From NCBI GenBank assembly GCA_963663225.1, contig OY760142.1, forward strand, positions 1,824,001-1,888,000: a stretch of 64,000 bases of DNA, read 5' to 3'. Numbering within the stretch: the first letter of the stretch is position 1; each line of letters opens with the position of its first letter. The position numbers were made by a program, and so were the translations under genes. The DNA is from Nitrospirota bacterium. Lineage in GTDB: Bacteria > Nitrospirota > UBA9217. Shown in pieces: positions 51,622 to 61,637 of the stretch. The notes under the pieces were generated by a model. It was not told the origin of the DNA and did no database searches. It saw nothing but the letters and a program-made list of their open reading frames with translations.

Positions 51622-52467
51622 ATGCATAAAACGGCTGCTGTGCTTAGTGCCTATGTTTGCACCCTAGTTCTTTTGGCGGGTTGTGCCTCAGCAAACTTGA
51701 AAAACACAACCGCATTGAATGATAGCGGCTACACGGTTGTCATTATCGGAGGTTCAAACAGCACTCCGACACAACTGGAGTTGCTACACAAGAACTTTCC
51801 CGGATCTGTCGTGATAATACCTGAAATATACTATCCTTTGTGGTTGGGATCTGATGCTGTTTTGCGGAAGCTCAGAGAAAAAGGCATTACAGGAAAATTA
51901 GTGCTCATTGGGCATTCTTGGGGTGGTCTTATTGCACGCGAGATTGATGGAGAACATCCGAATCTGGCTAAGGCTGTTGTGACAATCGCGACACCGTGCG
52001 GGAACTTCAGGTATACTCCGGATGCCCTTTCGGGCATGGTGATACGGCCGCAAGACAGCAACAGTAGAACGCCGTTGTACATCATCGGAGCCTACAGGGA
52101 GGATGCAGCGAAAAGATGGTGGATGACCACGGAAAAATCAGACGGAGTGGTAGATATCGCATCAGTAATGGCAATGGGAGAAAGAGCCGTCAACGGTTCT
52201 ACGGTCTTGGAAAAGGAGCATAACGAGCTTTTACAGGATGCCGGTGTAATTATGCAAATTAAAAAATGGCTTTCGCAGACAGAGGACGACGAGCTGATTG
52301 CCCGGGAAGTTGAGGTTGCAAAGCCGATTCTTAACAATCGCAAAGTGGCGCTTTTACGCTGGTCTTTTATGACGGGGTTCTTTCACACGATTTTATTAGA
52401 TTTATTGTATAAAGAATGTGACATGGGTTTTTACTGTGAGAATGAAAATTCAACCAAGAAAAACTGA
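51622..52467 (+). CDS. Alpha/beta-hydrolase (lipase/esterase) lipoprotein
   Basis: Lipobox LAGC; LIGHSWGG nucleophile elbow; TIATP; SDGVV; H. Confidence 0.82.
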   Translation: MHKTAAVLSAYVCTLVLLAGCASANLKNTTALNDSGYTVVIIGGSNSTPTQLELLHKNFPGSVVIIPEIYYPLWLGSDAVLRKLREKGITGKLVLIGHSWGGLIAREIDGEHPNLAKAVVTIATPCGNFRYTPDALSGMVIRPQDSNSRTPLYIIGAYREDAAKRWWMTTEKSDGVVDIASVMAMGERAVNGSTVLEKEHNELLQDAGVIMQIKKWLSQTEDDELIAREVEVAKPILNNRKVALLRWSFMTGFFHTILLDLLYKECDMGFYCENENSTKKN

Positions 52468-52556
52468 ATTAACTATTGTTATTCATACGTGGAATCTGTT
52501 GTTATAAGATTATTTTAATGCAACTCCAAACGAGCCACTACTAAAAGGGAGGTTTT

Positions 52557-52982
52557 ATGAAACTGGGAAGATGGTCTATGGCAATTATCGTTGCAGTTAT
52601 TTTTGCAGGGTGCAGTACCTCTGCTAGTTTCAAGCTTCCTCCAAACACTGACTTAATGATTAGCGACGAACGTGTGGTTTTCCAATCTAAGGATGAAGCA
52701 GGGTATCCAGAATTTAAGCGGACGCCTTTTTTCTGGACCTCACTTATGGGTATTGACTACGCGCTTATTCAGGATGGCAAAATTATAAAAAAAGACAGAT
52801 TGCCCGCGAGATTTAGAGTCATCTCGGTCTTCTTCCCGCCATACGCATTAATTTATTGGCCATTGGGTTTTAAGTTAAAATGCTATGACCTTTCGGATAT
52901 CAAAAAGGAGTTTATAGAAGAGTGTTCTACCTCTGAACAGATGGTTTCTAAGAGCACAGCTACAACAAATATAACTAAATAA
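52557..52982 (+). CDS. Hypothetical lipoprotein
   Basis: GGAGG RBS; lipobox FAGC. Confidence 0.75.
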   Translation: MKLGRWSMAIIVAVIFAGCSTSASFKLPPNTDLMISDERVVFQSKDEAGYPEFKRTPFFWTSLMGIDYALIQDGKIIKKDRLPARFRVISVFFPPYALIYWPLGFKLKCYDLSDIKKEFIEECSTSEQMVSKSTATTNITK

Positions 52983-53029
52983 CATCAGGGCATAATAATT
53001 AAAATAGTAGCGTTTTAATAGGAGGCACC

Positions 53030-53656
53030 GTGAAAATTAAAGTATGTTAATTATTATCGTTGCGACATCCTTGTTTGGCTGTTATGTTCCAACAATTGAC
53101 AAACAAGTAGATCGCCTTATGCCATCTCGATAACAAAAAAGACCAAGCAAATAGCGATTAGTAAAATAACGAACTCTATAGAAACCGCAAGGTATATTGG
53201 CTTAAATTACGGAGGAGTTGCTTGTCTTCTCTGCGACTCGATAACTTGGCGAAATGCTGGAAAAATTGACTATCAGAGGTTGGCAGATATTGCCAGAAAA
53301 AAATGACAGATAATAACTACAATTTGATTGGGAGCGCATATTCTCCTTTTAACGAAAAATATAATAGGCAATCTCAGTATCTGCTTGAAGGAATAATATT
53401 CGATGTGGCAATGAATACATGCGATATTAATAAAAAAAAGAAAGGTATTGCATTTGTAAAAGTTAATTGGGAACTTTTTGATCAAAAAATAAAAAATATT
53501 ACTTTGACTTTTTCAAGTGAAGGGGTTGCAATGGTAGATAGCTTTTCAAATATCGGTGGTGATTTTTTGATTGAAAAAGCATTTTCGATGGCTGTAGATA
53601 ATATGTTAGCCAATCAGAAGTTTTATGATTAGCTGGTAAATCTTGAAGAAAAATAA
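53030..53656 (+). pseudogene. Fragmented lipoprotein gene
   Basis: GGAGG RBS and GTG at 53030; LFGC lipobox; frameshifts; includes ORF 53303-53632, with the frame continuing past that TAG to TAA 53656. Confidence 0.55.
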
Positions 53657-53948
53657 AATATGCGCAGGGTTGCCGCGCTGCTGCTGACTATATCTGACTT
53701 ATAGAACCTTAAAGGACTGAAATGAGTAGAATGATATAACTACTTGATTGTGCGAAACTATTGTTTTTGCCAAAAACACCCGGCATCATTGACATCGCCG
53801 AGTAATCAGTATATATTGTGTAACACAATCTTGCAATAATTAGCACTCGCTAAGAAAACTACCTTGCTTTGCGCTCATTTTGCGGTTCTCAGTATTAATT
53901 CTACTCAATATATGGTGGATAACTTGTTAAGAAAGATATGAGGTAACT

Positions 53949-54704
53949 ATGGGACTCAAAAAAGTTATACGCAAACTTACTGGCAAAGGTAAAGAGCCGA
54001 AAGTTGAATATTGCCAGGATGGTTTACAGACCATTCACAATCACGACTTCATGAAGGACCCTTCGTTCCTCAAAGCGTATGAGCGGGGCTGCCGCGCTGC
54101 TGCTGACTATAATTGGCACTGGCGTGTTCACATTGGATTGTGGGCTGCCTTCACTGCTAGCAAACTTCAGGGGGATTTTGTTGAATGCGGAGTGAACCGT
54201 GGTTTCCTCAGCTCAGCTATCATGGAATTCCTTAATTGGGATTCTCTGAACAGAACCTTCTATTTGCTTGACACTTTCGAGGGACTGGATAAGCGCTATG
54301 TTTCGCATGAGGACCACAAATCTGGCGCGATAGAGAAGTACGAATCTTTATTGGAAGACGGGTTTTACGTCCTAGGGGTTGAGTCCGTTAAGGCCAATTT
54401 CTCCCAATGGAAGAACATACGGATAATTCAGGGAAGTATTCCAGAAACGCTTAAACAAGTTGAGACAAAACATGTCGCCTATCTTCATATTGACATGAAT
54501 TGCTCACCACCAGAAATTGCGGCGATAAATTTTTTCTGGGATATCCTGCTTCCAGGAGGTATCGTCCTCCTGGATGATTACGCATATCGTGGCTATGAAG
54601 CGCAGAAATATGCGATGGATGATTTTGCAAAAGCACACAATGTAATGTTCGCATCTCTTCCAACCGGACAGGGGCTTCTCGTAAAACCGCCGGTGAAAGT
54701 ATAA
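53949..54704 (+). CDS. TylF/MycF-family O-methyltransferase
   Basis: GDFVECGV..G, LDTFEGL, G.IPETL, LHIDMN, GGIVLLDDY. Confidence 0.9.
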   Translation: MGLKKVIRKLTGKGKEPKVEYCQDGLQTIHNHDFMKDPSFLKAYERGCRAAADYNWHWRVHIGLWAAFTASKLQGDFVECGVNRGFLSSAIMEFLNWDSLNRTFYLLDTFEGLDKRYVSHEDHKSGAIEKYESLLEDGFYVLGVESVKANFSQWKNIRIIQGSIPETLKQVETKHVAYLHIDMNCSPPEIAAINFFWDILLPGGIVLLDDYAYRGYEAQKYAMDDFAKAHNVMFASLPTGQGLLVKPPVKV

Positions 54705-54931
54705 CCGCGATCTGCACGAGAGAATCTATCGTCAATGGATTAGTGCTGAGATGGTTTACGCGTGCTTGTTCTTTTATAAAAACGTAGCATAAACGTAGCA
54801 GAATTTGACTTATTAGGCCTTAAAGGACAGAAAATACCGAAATGGTTGGAATGGTTTAACTGGTTGATTGTATAGTAAAAAGTAAAAAAATGCAGGTAAG
54901 AGGCCTAGTTAGTAAAACTGCCAATTTACAA

Positions 54932-55010
54932 CTTTCACGGCGATAAAAGGGGTTCGAATACTCCAGGGGACGCCAATCTTTCAAAGAGTTACGGCATTTG
55001 CTGTAACTCT
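54932..55010 (+). repeat. Third (degenerate) tRNA-Glu 3' att copy plus terminator
   Basis: ctttcacggcgataaaaggggttcgaatactccaggggacgcc, then aatctttcaaagagttacggcatttgctgtaactcttttt as at 41911-41950. Confidence 0.9.
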
Positions 55011-55035
55011 TTTTTTTGAATTTGATAACATCCCT

Positions 55036-55204
55036 CTAGCTCTTCTCAAGTTGGCTGATTGCGCTGGCAAGGTGCTTCGGACCGATATGCGCGTATCTTA
55101 TGGCCCATGAGGTCGGCCAGAGTATCCAGATCCACTCCCGCCTGTCTGTTCCATGAAGCGATGCAATGCCGCAGATCGTGGAATCTGGAATGCTGGATTT
55201 CCGC
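55036..55204 (-). pseudogene. Integrase remnant closely related to the element-1 integrase
   Basis: AEIQHSRFHDLRHCIASWNRQAGVDLDTLADLMGHK, then a frameshifting deletion, then YAHIGPKHLASAISQLEKS*. Confidence 0.88.
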
Positions 55205-55544
55205 AATCAAGGATGCATTCCTACTTCATACCCAGATAATGCTTGCCAACAGGGTATTTCAAGAGAAAAGAATAGTAAATATGATACAAAAAGTATGAAA
55301 TATGTATAAAAAAATATAAGTTATTACAATAATTATTTGTTGACATTCTGGGGGGACGCTGTTATCTTCTCATTAGTTATGCATGCTGTCCGTAGGTTTT
55401 TCGTTTGCTCATTAAAGTTTTTTTCGACATGAAAGATGTAGGTTACTCGGTTATTATGACTGATTTCGAAATGCCAGTTGTTTCGGTAAGACGGTTGTTC
55501 GTATCTTGATCAGTCATTTTGGGTAATTCAGGTTAGTTTTAATA

Positions 55545-55931
55545 ATGAGTGGTTTTCAGAGAAATACATCTCACCAAAAAAACGCCGCAAATAATAAAAT
55601 ATCTACCGTATTACTAAAGCCGTCGGTACAGATTTTTTTTATTGTCCCCGTTGTTGTTTTTGCCGGCACATTTGCCGACTTAAGGCTGCTTTATTTATTT
55701 TTTGGAATATGGGTTTGTACTTTGATAAGCTATGGATTGTCTCTTTTGATACTCAGTCTGTTGCCATCATATGTGCTTGAGTTGCATCCAAGGTTGAACC
55801 CCTATATAAAAAAATTTTTAAATACCGCTTCAATATTGCTCTACGGTGGAATTTTAGGATTTCTTTATCTGTGGTTATATGTTGAACTGAAAATACCCGG
55901 TTTCGAGTTATTGCAAAAATTAGAAATATAA
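55545..55931 (+). CDS. Hypothetical membrane protein
   Basis: 128 aa, three hydrophobic segments, AT-rich. Confidence 0.6.
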   Translation: MSGFQRNTSHQKNAANNKISTVLLKPSVQIFFIVPVVVFAGTFADLRLLYLFFGIWVCTLISYGLSLLILSLLPSYVLELHPRLNPYIKKFLNTASILLYGGILGFLYLWLYVELKIPGFELLQKLEI

Positions 55932-55967
55932 AACGAAATCATTTTGAGTTAAGCAAACTCTTTCATT

Positions 55968-56705
55968 CTATGAGCCAGATTGCACGCTGTTTTCTTTGAG
56001 ACGGATTTCAACCCTTCTGTTCCTGGCTCTATTGTCCTGTGTATCATTCTGTACAAGCGGTTTCTGGTCAGCATTGCCCTTAACAGAAAGACGTGAAGGA
56101 TCTATTTCGTGGCGCATGATGAAATATTTCAGCACATTCGTTGCCCGCGCGACGGACAGTTCCCAGTTCGATGGATACTTGTGGGTTCGGATCGGGACAT
56201 TGTCTGTATGCCCTTCTATTTCAACCTGAAATAAAGGATGCTGTTGAATGATGAGGGCAATGTTGTCGAGGATTGGTTCAGAGCTCTGCAGGGGTTCAGC
56301 TTCACCCGGCCGAAAAGTGACTTTTTCTTTCATGGAGATAACAACTTCTTTGTCCGCGGCGTGAACAAAAACCTCATTTTCCAACTCCAGCCGTTTTATG
56401 TCTGCATTCATTTCCTCAACCATTTTCTTCTGAATTGTGGCGGCAGTATCCTGGTCGCCTGAGAGTGCAGACGTTTCATGTGGGTTCGGCCTGGATTCTT
56501 TTGGTACAGTCGCTCCGGCGTTCCTTGTCATGACCGTAAATACCACAAAGAGCAAAAGCAGCAATGAAAGAACATCACTGAGAGTAATAAGCCAGTTGCT
56601 GTCAAAATCGTTTAGGACTGATAAACCCTGCTTTCTAAGAGTTTTTAATCGAAATGGCTGCATGATCTGTGCTTCGAGTATCTTTTCTTTTTGGTTTTCT
56701 TCCAT
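55968..56705 (-). CDS. motB: MotB-family stator protein
   Basis: WLITLSD TM with the conserved Asp; EGHTDN, SNWELSVARA, RARNRRVEI. Confidence 0.88.
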   Translation of the reverse strand: MEENQKEKILEAQIMQPFRLKTLRKQGLSVLNDFDSNWLITLSDVLSLLLLLFVVFTVMTRNAGATVPKESRPNPHETSALSGDQDTAATIQKKMVEEMNADIKRLELENEVFVHAADKEVVISMKEKVTFRPGEAEPLQSSEPILDNIALIIQQHPLFQVEIEGHTDNVPIRTHKYPSNWELSVARATNVLKYFIMRHEIDPSRLSVKGNADQKPLVQNDTQDNRARNRRVEIRLKENSVQSGS

Positions 56706-56732
56706 GCTGCTTTCTCCGTATCTGGTACAGTA

Positions 56733-57542
56733 TTATGCTGAATGCACGGTCAGTCCTGCCCGTGACAACACGAGGTCCACGTTCATCTTTGTACGACCCA
56801 AAACATTCCCCTCATAATTTCCGCTAATTCGTTCCTCGACGTATAATGGGTTTTGCCATTCATTCATTGATATGATGCCTTCTATAATGCCTTGCATAAT
56901 TTCCTCAGACTGGATAGTGCGCTCTTCCAGTTTCGCACAGATTGGAAGAACAAAAAGATTCGATATGATCACTCCGTAGAATGTAGACATCATTGCGACA
57001 GCCATAAGAGGTACGACATCATCTATCGACTGACTGATCTTGAATATTTTAATGAGGCTGATCACGGTCCCGGCGAGGCCGAGGGAAGGAGTAAGCCGTG
57101 CAATGGTTTTTAAAACATTCTGGCTGAAATGATAGTCTGTTATCCGGGTTGTCATTTCTCGTTCCATGGCGGTTCTTATATCTCTGCTGGTCCGATGGCT
57201 GATTAAAAGGTTCATTCCCAGCCGCAGGAATTCGTCCTTGATTGCTCGTATTTTTCTTTCCAGTCCACGGATGTCTGCTTTTCTTGACGTGCGTGCCAAG
57301 TCGAGCATTTCTTTCGCCAGTTCCTGCCTGTCTTTCATTGGATGAAATGAATCGAGTACGTCCGCAAAAGTCTTTTTCAATCGGCGAATCGAGAAGCCTA
57401 AAAAAAGCGCAATAATTGTTCCTCCTCCAACGATCATTAATGCATCTATATTAAAAATCATAGTTAGTCCGATGTTTCGGAATATCGTTGCAGAAAACAG
57501 TACAAGTGCAGTAAGAAAAAAAATAACTATGAACGAATACAT
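56733..57542 (-). CDS. motA: MotA-family stator protein
   Basis: IVGGGTI, DEFLRLG, PSLGLAGTVISLI, MAVAMMSTFYGV; upstream of motB. Confidence 0.85.
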   Translation of the reverse strand: MYSFIVIFFLTALVLFSATIFRNIGLTMIFNIDALMIVGGGTIIALFLGFSIRRLKKTFADVLDSFHPMKDRQELAKEMLDLARTSRKADIRGLERKIRAIKDEFLRLGMNLLISHRTSRDIRTAMEREMTTRITDYHFSQNVLKTIARLTPSLGLAGTVISLIKIFKISQSIDDVVPLMAVAMMSTFYGVIISNLFVLPICAKLEERTIQSEEIMQGIIEGIISMNEWQNPLYVEERISGNYEGNVLGRTKMNVDLVLSRAGLTVHSA

Positions 57543-57590
57543 AGTTTCTTCTCCCGGTAGTTAAATTATTAATCAAAACGAGATTTTTAA

Positions 57591-57607
57591 CGCAATATTG
57601 ATGCCAA
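57591..57607 (-). promoter_or_regulatory. Sigma54 promoter of motAB
   Basis: Minus strand TTGGCATCAATATTGCG, i.e. GG-N10-GC. Confidence 0.75.
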
Positions 57608-58239
57608 GGATGCATCTAAACGAAGCGGTTGTTATTGCAGGAATTTTGTTTATGGTTATTTATAGCGTAGACCGGTACAGAGGCAAAATGCGAAAAACAG
57701 GGAGAAAATTTTGCCTGACAGGCAAGGTTTTCCTAATAGAGTTAACCGTAAATAGAGATTTAAGAAGTTGGTGGGAGAGAATTACTAATTTGAATCATAA
57801 TGCCATGTCATCAACGGTATAAAGCGTCACCAGCTGATAATTGCATTGTTACAGATTACATTTACCCAGAGAGAAATGTTCATTTTTTGATGAATTTCTT
57901 TCTTATCTCGTGACCATTCCATTTCTCCACAAAGAATCCGCAGGCTCCTGCGGATGGGACTCCACGTATCCTCGTACGGAAAGAACAGAGCAAAACGACA
58001 ATCCTACTGTTGTGCTGAATGCAGTCAGATCTAATATTGCAAAGCCGCCCATGTATATCACGTTGCTGCATAATTGCTCTTAATGCAACTTTATGCTAAC
58101 ATGAAATAGCATCCTTTATTTAAAGCATAATCCTGAACAAATACCTCAGTTATAGAATATTGTTTATTATCATTCGGTTATAAGTCCAATTTTATGAAGG
58201 TTGTACAAACGGTTAATCAAAACTGAAAGCACTCAACTT

Positions 58240-61200
58240 ATGGAATATAAACTTGAAGAACTGATAGATATCAAGCATTTCCAATCGCTGCTGGACCGAT
58301 TAAACGAAATATATTTCTTTCCTTCCGCGATTGTCGATAATGAGGGGAATATCCTTACCACCACGGCGTGGCAAGACATCTGTACGAAATTTCACAGAAA
58401 AAACAAAATATCTGAGCTTGAATGCATTAAGAGCGACCAGTATATTCTCTGTCATCTTGCTGAAGCTAACCCCGCCGTAATCTACCGTTGTCCTCATGGT
58501 CTCATAGAAAGCGCTACCCCCCTGATCATAGATGGAAAACACCTGGGAAACTTTTTCACCGGACAATTTTTCCTTGAAAAACCGGATCTGGCTTTCTTTA
58601 AGAAACAAGCCGTGAAATATGGATTTGACGAAGAGCAATATCTGGAAGCCGTACGGAATGTGCCTATCTGGACGCAACAAAAGCTGGATCAGTACCTTTT
58701 CTTTGTTAAAGGGTTGATTGCGGTAATAGCCAAAACAGGGCTTAGGACTCTGCAAGAAATTGAGTCGAATAGAAAGATCTGGGAGAGCAAAGATCAGCAC
58801 AGGGCCGTTATCCAGATGGCCAGTGAAGGATTTTGGACGCTTGATCTGCAGGGGCGTTTTTTACAGGTCAATGAAGCCTACTGCAGGATGAGCGGCTACA
58901 GCGTCCAGGAATTACTGAGTATGAGCATATCGGATGTCGAAGCAAAAGAGAGTCCTGCCGACACTGCTGCGCATATCAAGACGGTAATGGCTGAGGGGCA
59001 GGCCAGATTTGAGACGAAGCACCGACGAAAAGACGGCACTGTCTATGACCTAGAAGTCAGCACACAGTACCAGGCCGGTAGGGAAGGACGGTTTGTAACG
59101 TTTCTCCACGATATCACGGAAAAAAAGCGGTCGGAAGAGGCACTCAGGGTGAGCGAAGAAAAATTCAGAAAAGTTTTTTTTGCCAGCGCTGATTCCATTA
59201 ATATCAACCGGCTCGAGGACGGCATGTATGTTTCCATCAACCATGGATTTACCGCGATGACCGGTTTTACAGAGGCCGACGTCATCGGCAAAACTTCCTT
59301 GGAGTTGAATATCTGGGTTGATCCGGCAGATCGCATGAATGTCATAAGGCAATTACGGGAGAATGGAGAGGTCAAAAACTACGAGGCGTTGTTCCGCGCA
59401 AAAGATGGACGAATTCTCACAGGACTGATGTCCGCCAGGATCGTCGAAATCGATCACGTGTTGTACAATGCCAGTATTACCCGAGACATTACTGAATATA
59501 AAGCCCACGTGATAGAAATCGAGCGTCTGAACCGGCTTTACTCGGTATTGAGCCACATCAATCAAACCGTTGTTAAAGTTCAGTCGCAACAAGAGCTCTT
59601 TTCCGAAGTCTGCCGCGTTTTGGTGGAATACGGCGGACTTAAGCAGGCTTGGATCGGATGGCATGATCCGGCAAATCATCGGGTGCTGGTCGTTGCACAG
59701 TGCGGTGATGAAACCGGATATCTAAAAAATATATGTGTTTATGCCGATGACAGACCCGAAGGCTGCGGTCCGACCGGTACTGCCATGAAAGATGGGAAAC
59801 CCTTCGTCAGCAATGATTTTCTCAATGACACGCGCACGCTGCCCTGGCGCAAAGCAGCTGCTCTTACTTCGTGGCGTTCCGCGGCGGCGTTTCCCATCCG
59901 TTTTGAGAATGAAGTGCGCTATGCATTGACGGTGTATGCGCCTGAAAAAGATTATTTCGGAGACCGTGAAGTATTGCAGCTCGAAGAGATTGCTGCGACC
60001 GTGTCGTTCGGCCTTGACACGCTTAAAAACGAAGTGCAGAAAAATGAAAATGAAAAACGTTACAGAATGCTGTTTGAGTCCATGACGAACGGGTTTGCCT
60101 TGCATGAGATTATCTGTGACGAACAGAAGAATCCCCGCGATTATCGGTTTCTGGAAGTGAATCCCGCGTTTGAGAACCTGACGGGATTAAAAGCCTCGGA
60201 CGTCATCGGAAAAACCGTGTTTGAAGTATTGCCGGATATAGAAAAATGGTGGATAGAAACCTATGGCAGGGTCGCCCTAACCGGCAAATCAGAACATTTC
60301 ACGAAATTCGATAAGAACCTTGAACGTTGCTATGAAATTATGGCATACTCTCCGCAGCCCGGTCGATTTGCTGCCATTATTACAGACGTTACGGAAAAGG
60401 AAAAAATGGAGGATCAGCTTCGCCAGTCCCAGAAGCTTGAATCGCTTGGTGCCCTCGCGGGGGGCATTGCCCATGATTTCAACAATATACTTACTGCCAT
60501 CATAGGATACGCGAATATAGCCCAGATCCAGATGCCGGAGGACGACCCAAGACGCCTGAACATCGAGCACATACTCGATGCCTCCAATCATGCTGCAAAT
60601 CTGACGAAAGACCTCCTTTTATTCAGCCGTAAGCAGCAGAGCGCAAAGCAAACCGTGGATTTGAATCAAATCGTCAAAAAAGTAGAACGATTTCTGAAGC
60701 GGATCATAGGCGAGGACATAGAATGCCGGATATCGCTCTACGCGAACGTGGTGCCGGTTCTCGCCGACGGTCATCAACTTGAGCAGGTCTTGATAAATCT
60801 CGCATCAAATGCCCGAGACGCTATGCCGGGAGGAGGCACCCTTGCCATCACAACGGAGCAGGTGCAGTTGAATGACGGCACCCTTTCCGTGAGAGGTGAT
60901 ATCAGGCCCGGCAAATATGTATTGCTCACGGTATCGGACACAGGCATGGGAATGGATGAAACCACAAGGAAACGCATTTTCGAACCGTTTTTCACGACTA
61001 AAAATGTGGGCAAAGGCACAGGCCTGGGGCTGGCAGTAGTGTACGGAATTATTAAACAGCACGAAGGCTTCATCAATGTGTACAGCGAGCCTGGCCATGG
61101 TACGATGTTTAAAATATATTTACCGGCCATGGTGCTGGACAGGGAACAGGCGGAAGCCGAAAAAGCGGCAGAGCCACCTCCCCAAGGAGGCACCGAGACC

Positions 61201-61560
61201 ATTCTGCTAGCGGAAGACAATGAAATGGTCAGAAATCTCAATAAAACGGTGCTCGAAGAGTTCGGTTATAAAGTAATCGAGGCAATTGACGGTGAGAATG
61301 CGGTAAACAGCTTTTTGCAATTCAAAGATACTATCAAACTCCTTGTGTTTGATAGTATTATGCCCAAGAAAACCGGGAAAACGGCGTATGACGAAATCAG
61401 ATCGGTTCGGCCTGATATCAAGATTATTTTTTTGAGCGGGTACGCTCCTGAACTTGTTCGTCAGCGATTTCAGCTTGATGACACTGCTGTTGTCGCCAGC
61501 AAACCAATTTCACCGAAAGAACTTCTAAAACTGGTCCGTTCTACGCTGGATGCCGAATAA
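58240..61560 (+). CDS. Cytoplasmic hybrid histidine kinase (PocR-PAS-PAS-GAF-PAS-HK-REC)
   Basis: WQDICTKFHR...C...YRCPHGL PocR pattern; PAS/PAC; GAF; IAHDFNN; FFTTK..GKGTGLGL; REC. Confidence 0.92.
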   Translation: MEYKLEELIDIKHFQSLLDRLNEIYFFPSAIVDNEGNILTTTAWQDICTKFHRKNKISELECIKSDQYILCHLAEANPAVIYRCPHGLIESATPLIIDGKHLGNFFTGQFFLEKPDLAFFKKQAVKYGFDEEQYLEAVRNVPIWTQQKLDQYLFFVKGLIAVIAKTGLRTLQEIESNRKIWESKDQHRAVIQMASEGFWTLDLQGRFLQVNEAYCRMSGYSVQELLSMSISDVEAKESPADTAAHIKTVMAEGQARFETKHRRKDGTVYDLEVSTQYQAGREGRFVTFLHDITEKKRSEEALRVSEEKFRKVFFASADSININRLEDGMYVSINHGFTAMTGFTEADVIGKTSLELNIWVDPADRMNVIRQLRENGEVKNYEALFRAKDGRILTGLMSARIVEIDHVLYNASITRDITEYKAHVIEIERLNRLYSVLSHINQTVVKVQSQQELFSEVCRVLVEYGGLKQAWIGWHDPANHRVLVVAQCGDETGYLKNICVYADDRPEGCGPTGTAMKDGKPFVSNDFLNDTRTLPWRKAAALTSWRSAAAFPIRFENEVRYALTVYAPEKDYFGDREVLQLEEIAATVSFGLDTLKNEVQKNENEKRYRMLFESMTNGFALHEIICDEQKNPRDYRFLEVNPAFENLTGLKASDVIGKTVFEVLPDIEKWWIETYGRVALTGKSEHFTKFDKNLERCYEIMAYSPQPGRFAAIITDVTEKEKMEDQLRQSQKLESLGALAGGIAHDFNNILTAIIGYANIAQIQMPEDDPRRLNIEHILDASNHAANLTKDLLLFSRKQQSAKQTVDLNQIVKKVERFLKRIIGEDIECRISLYANVVPVLADGHQLEQVLINLASNARDAMPGGGTLAITTEQVQLNDGTLSVRGDIRPGKYVLLTVSDTGMGMDETTRKRIFEPFFTTKNVGKGTGLGLAVVYGIIKQHEGFINVYSEPGHGTMFKIYLPAMVLDREQAEAEKAAEPPPQGGTETILLAEDNEMVRNLNKTVLEEFGYKVIEAIDGENAVNSFLQFKDTIKLLVFDSIMPKKTGKTAYDEIRSVRPDIKIIFLSGYAPELVRQRFQLDDTAVVASKPISPKELLKLVRSTLDAE

Positions 61561-61637
61561 TACCAAAACATATTATTAGTGAAACAATTGTATGATGAGA
61601 GAGGTATCCCGTCTTCAACGATGCCCAAGGGAGTAAA

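Larger units (their letters stand above)
51248..54975. mobile_element. Second, decayed element at tRNA-Glu
   Basis: Bounded by att copies at 51248 and 54932 (degenerate); integrase remnant; own arm repeats AAACG(T/C)(T/A)GCA at 51336/51347 and 54780/54791. Confidence 0.82.

Noticed and set aside
55345-55362. ggggacgc as a fourth att copy
   Set aside because: Only 8 nt match and it lies in a sigma70 promoter spacer
55968-57542. Zorya defence system
   Set aside because: MotA lacks the long ZorA tail, no zorC/D/E is present, and the motifs look like a flagellar stator
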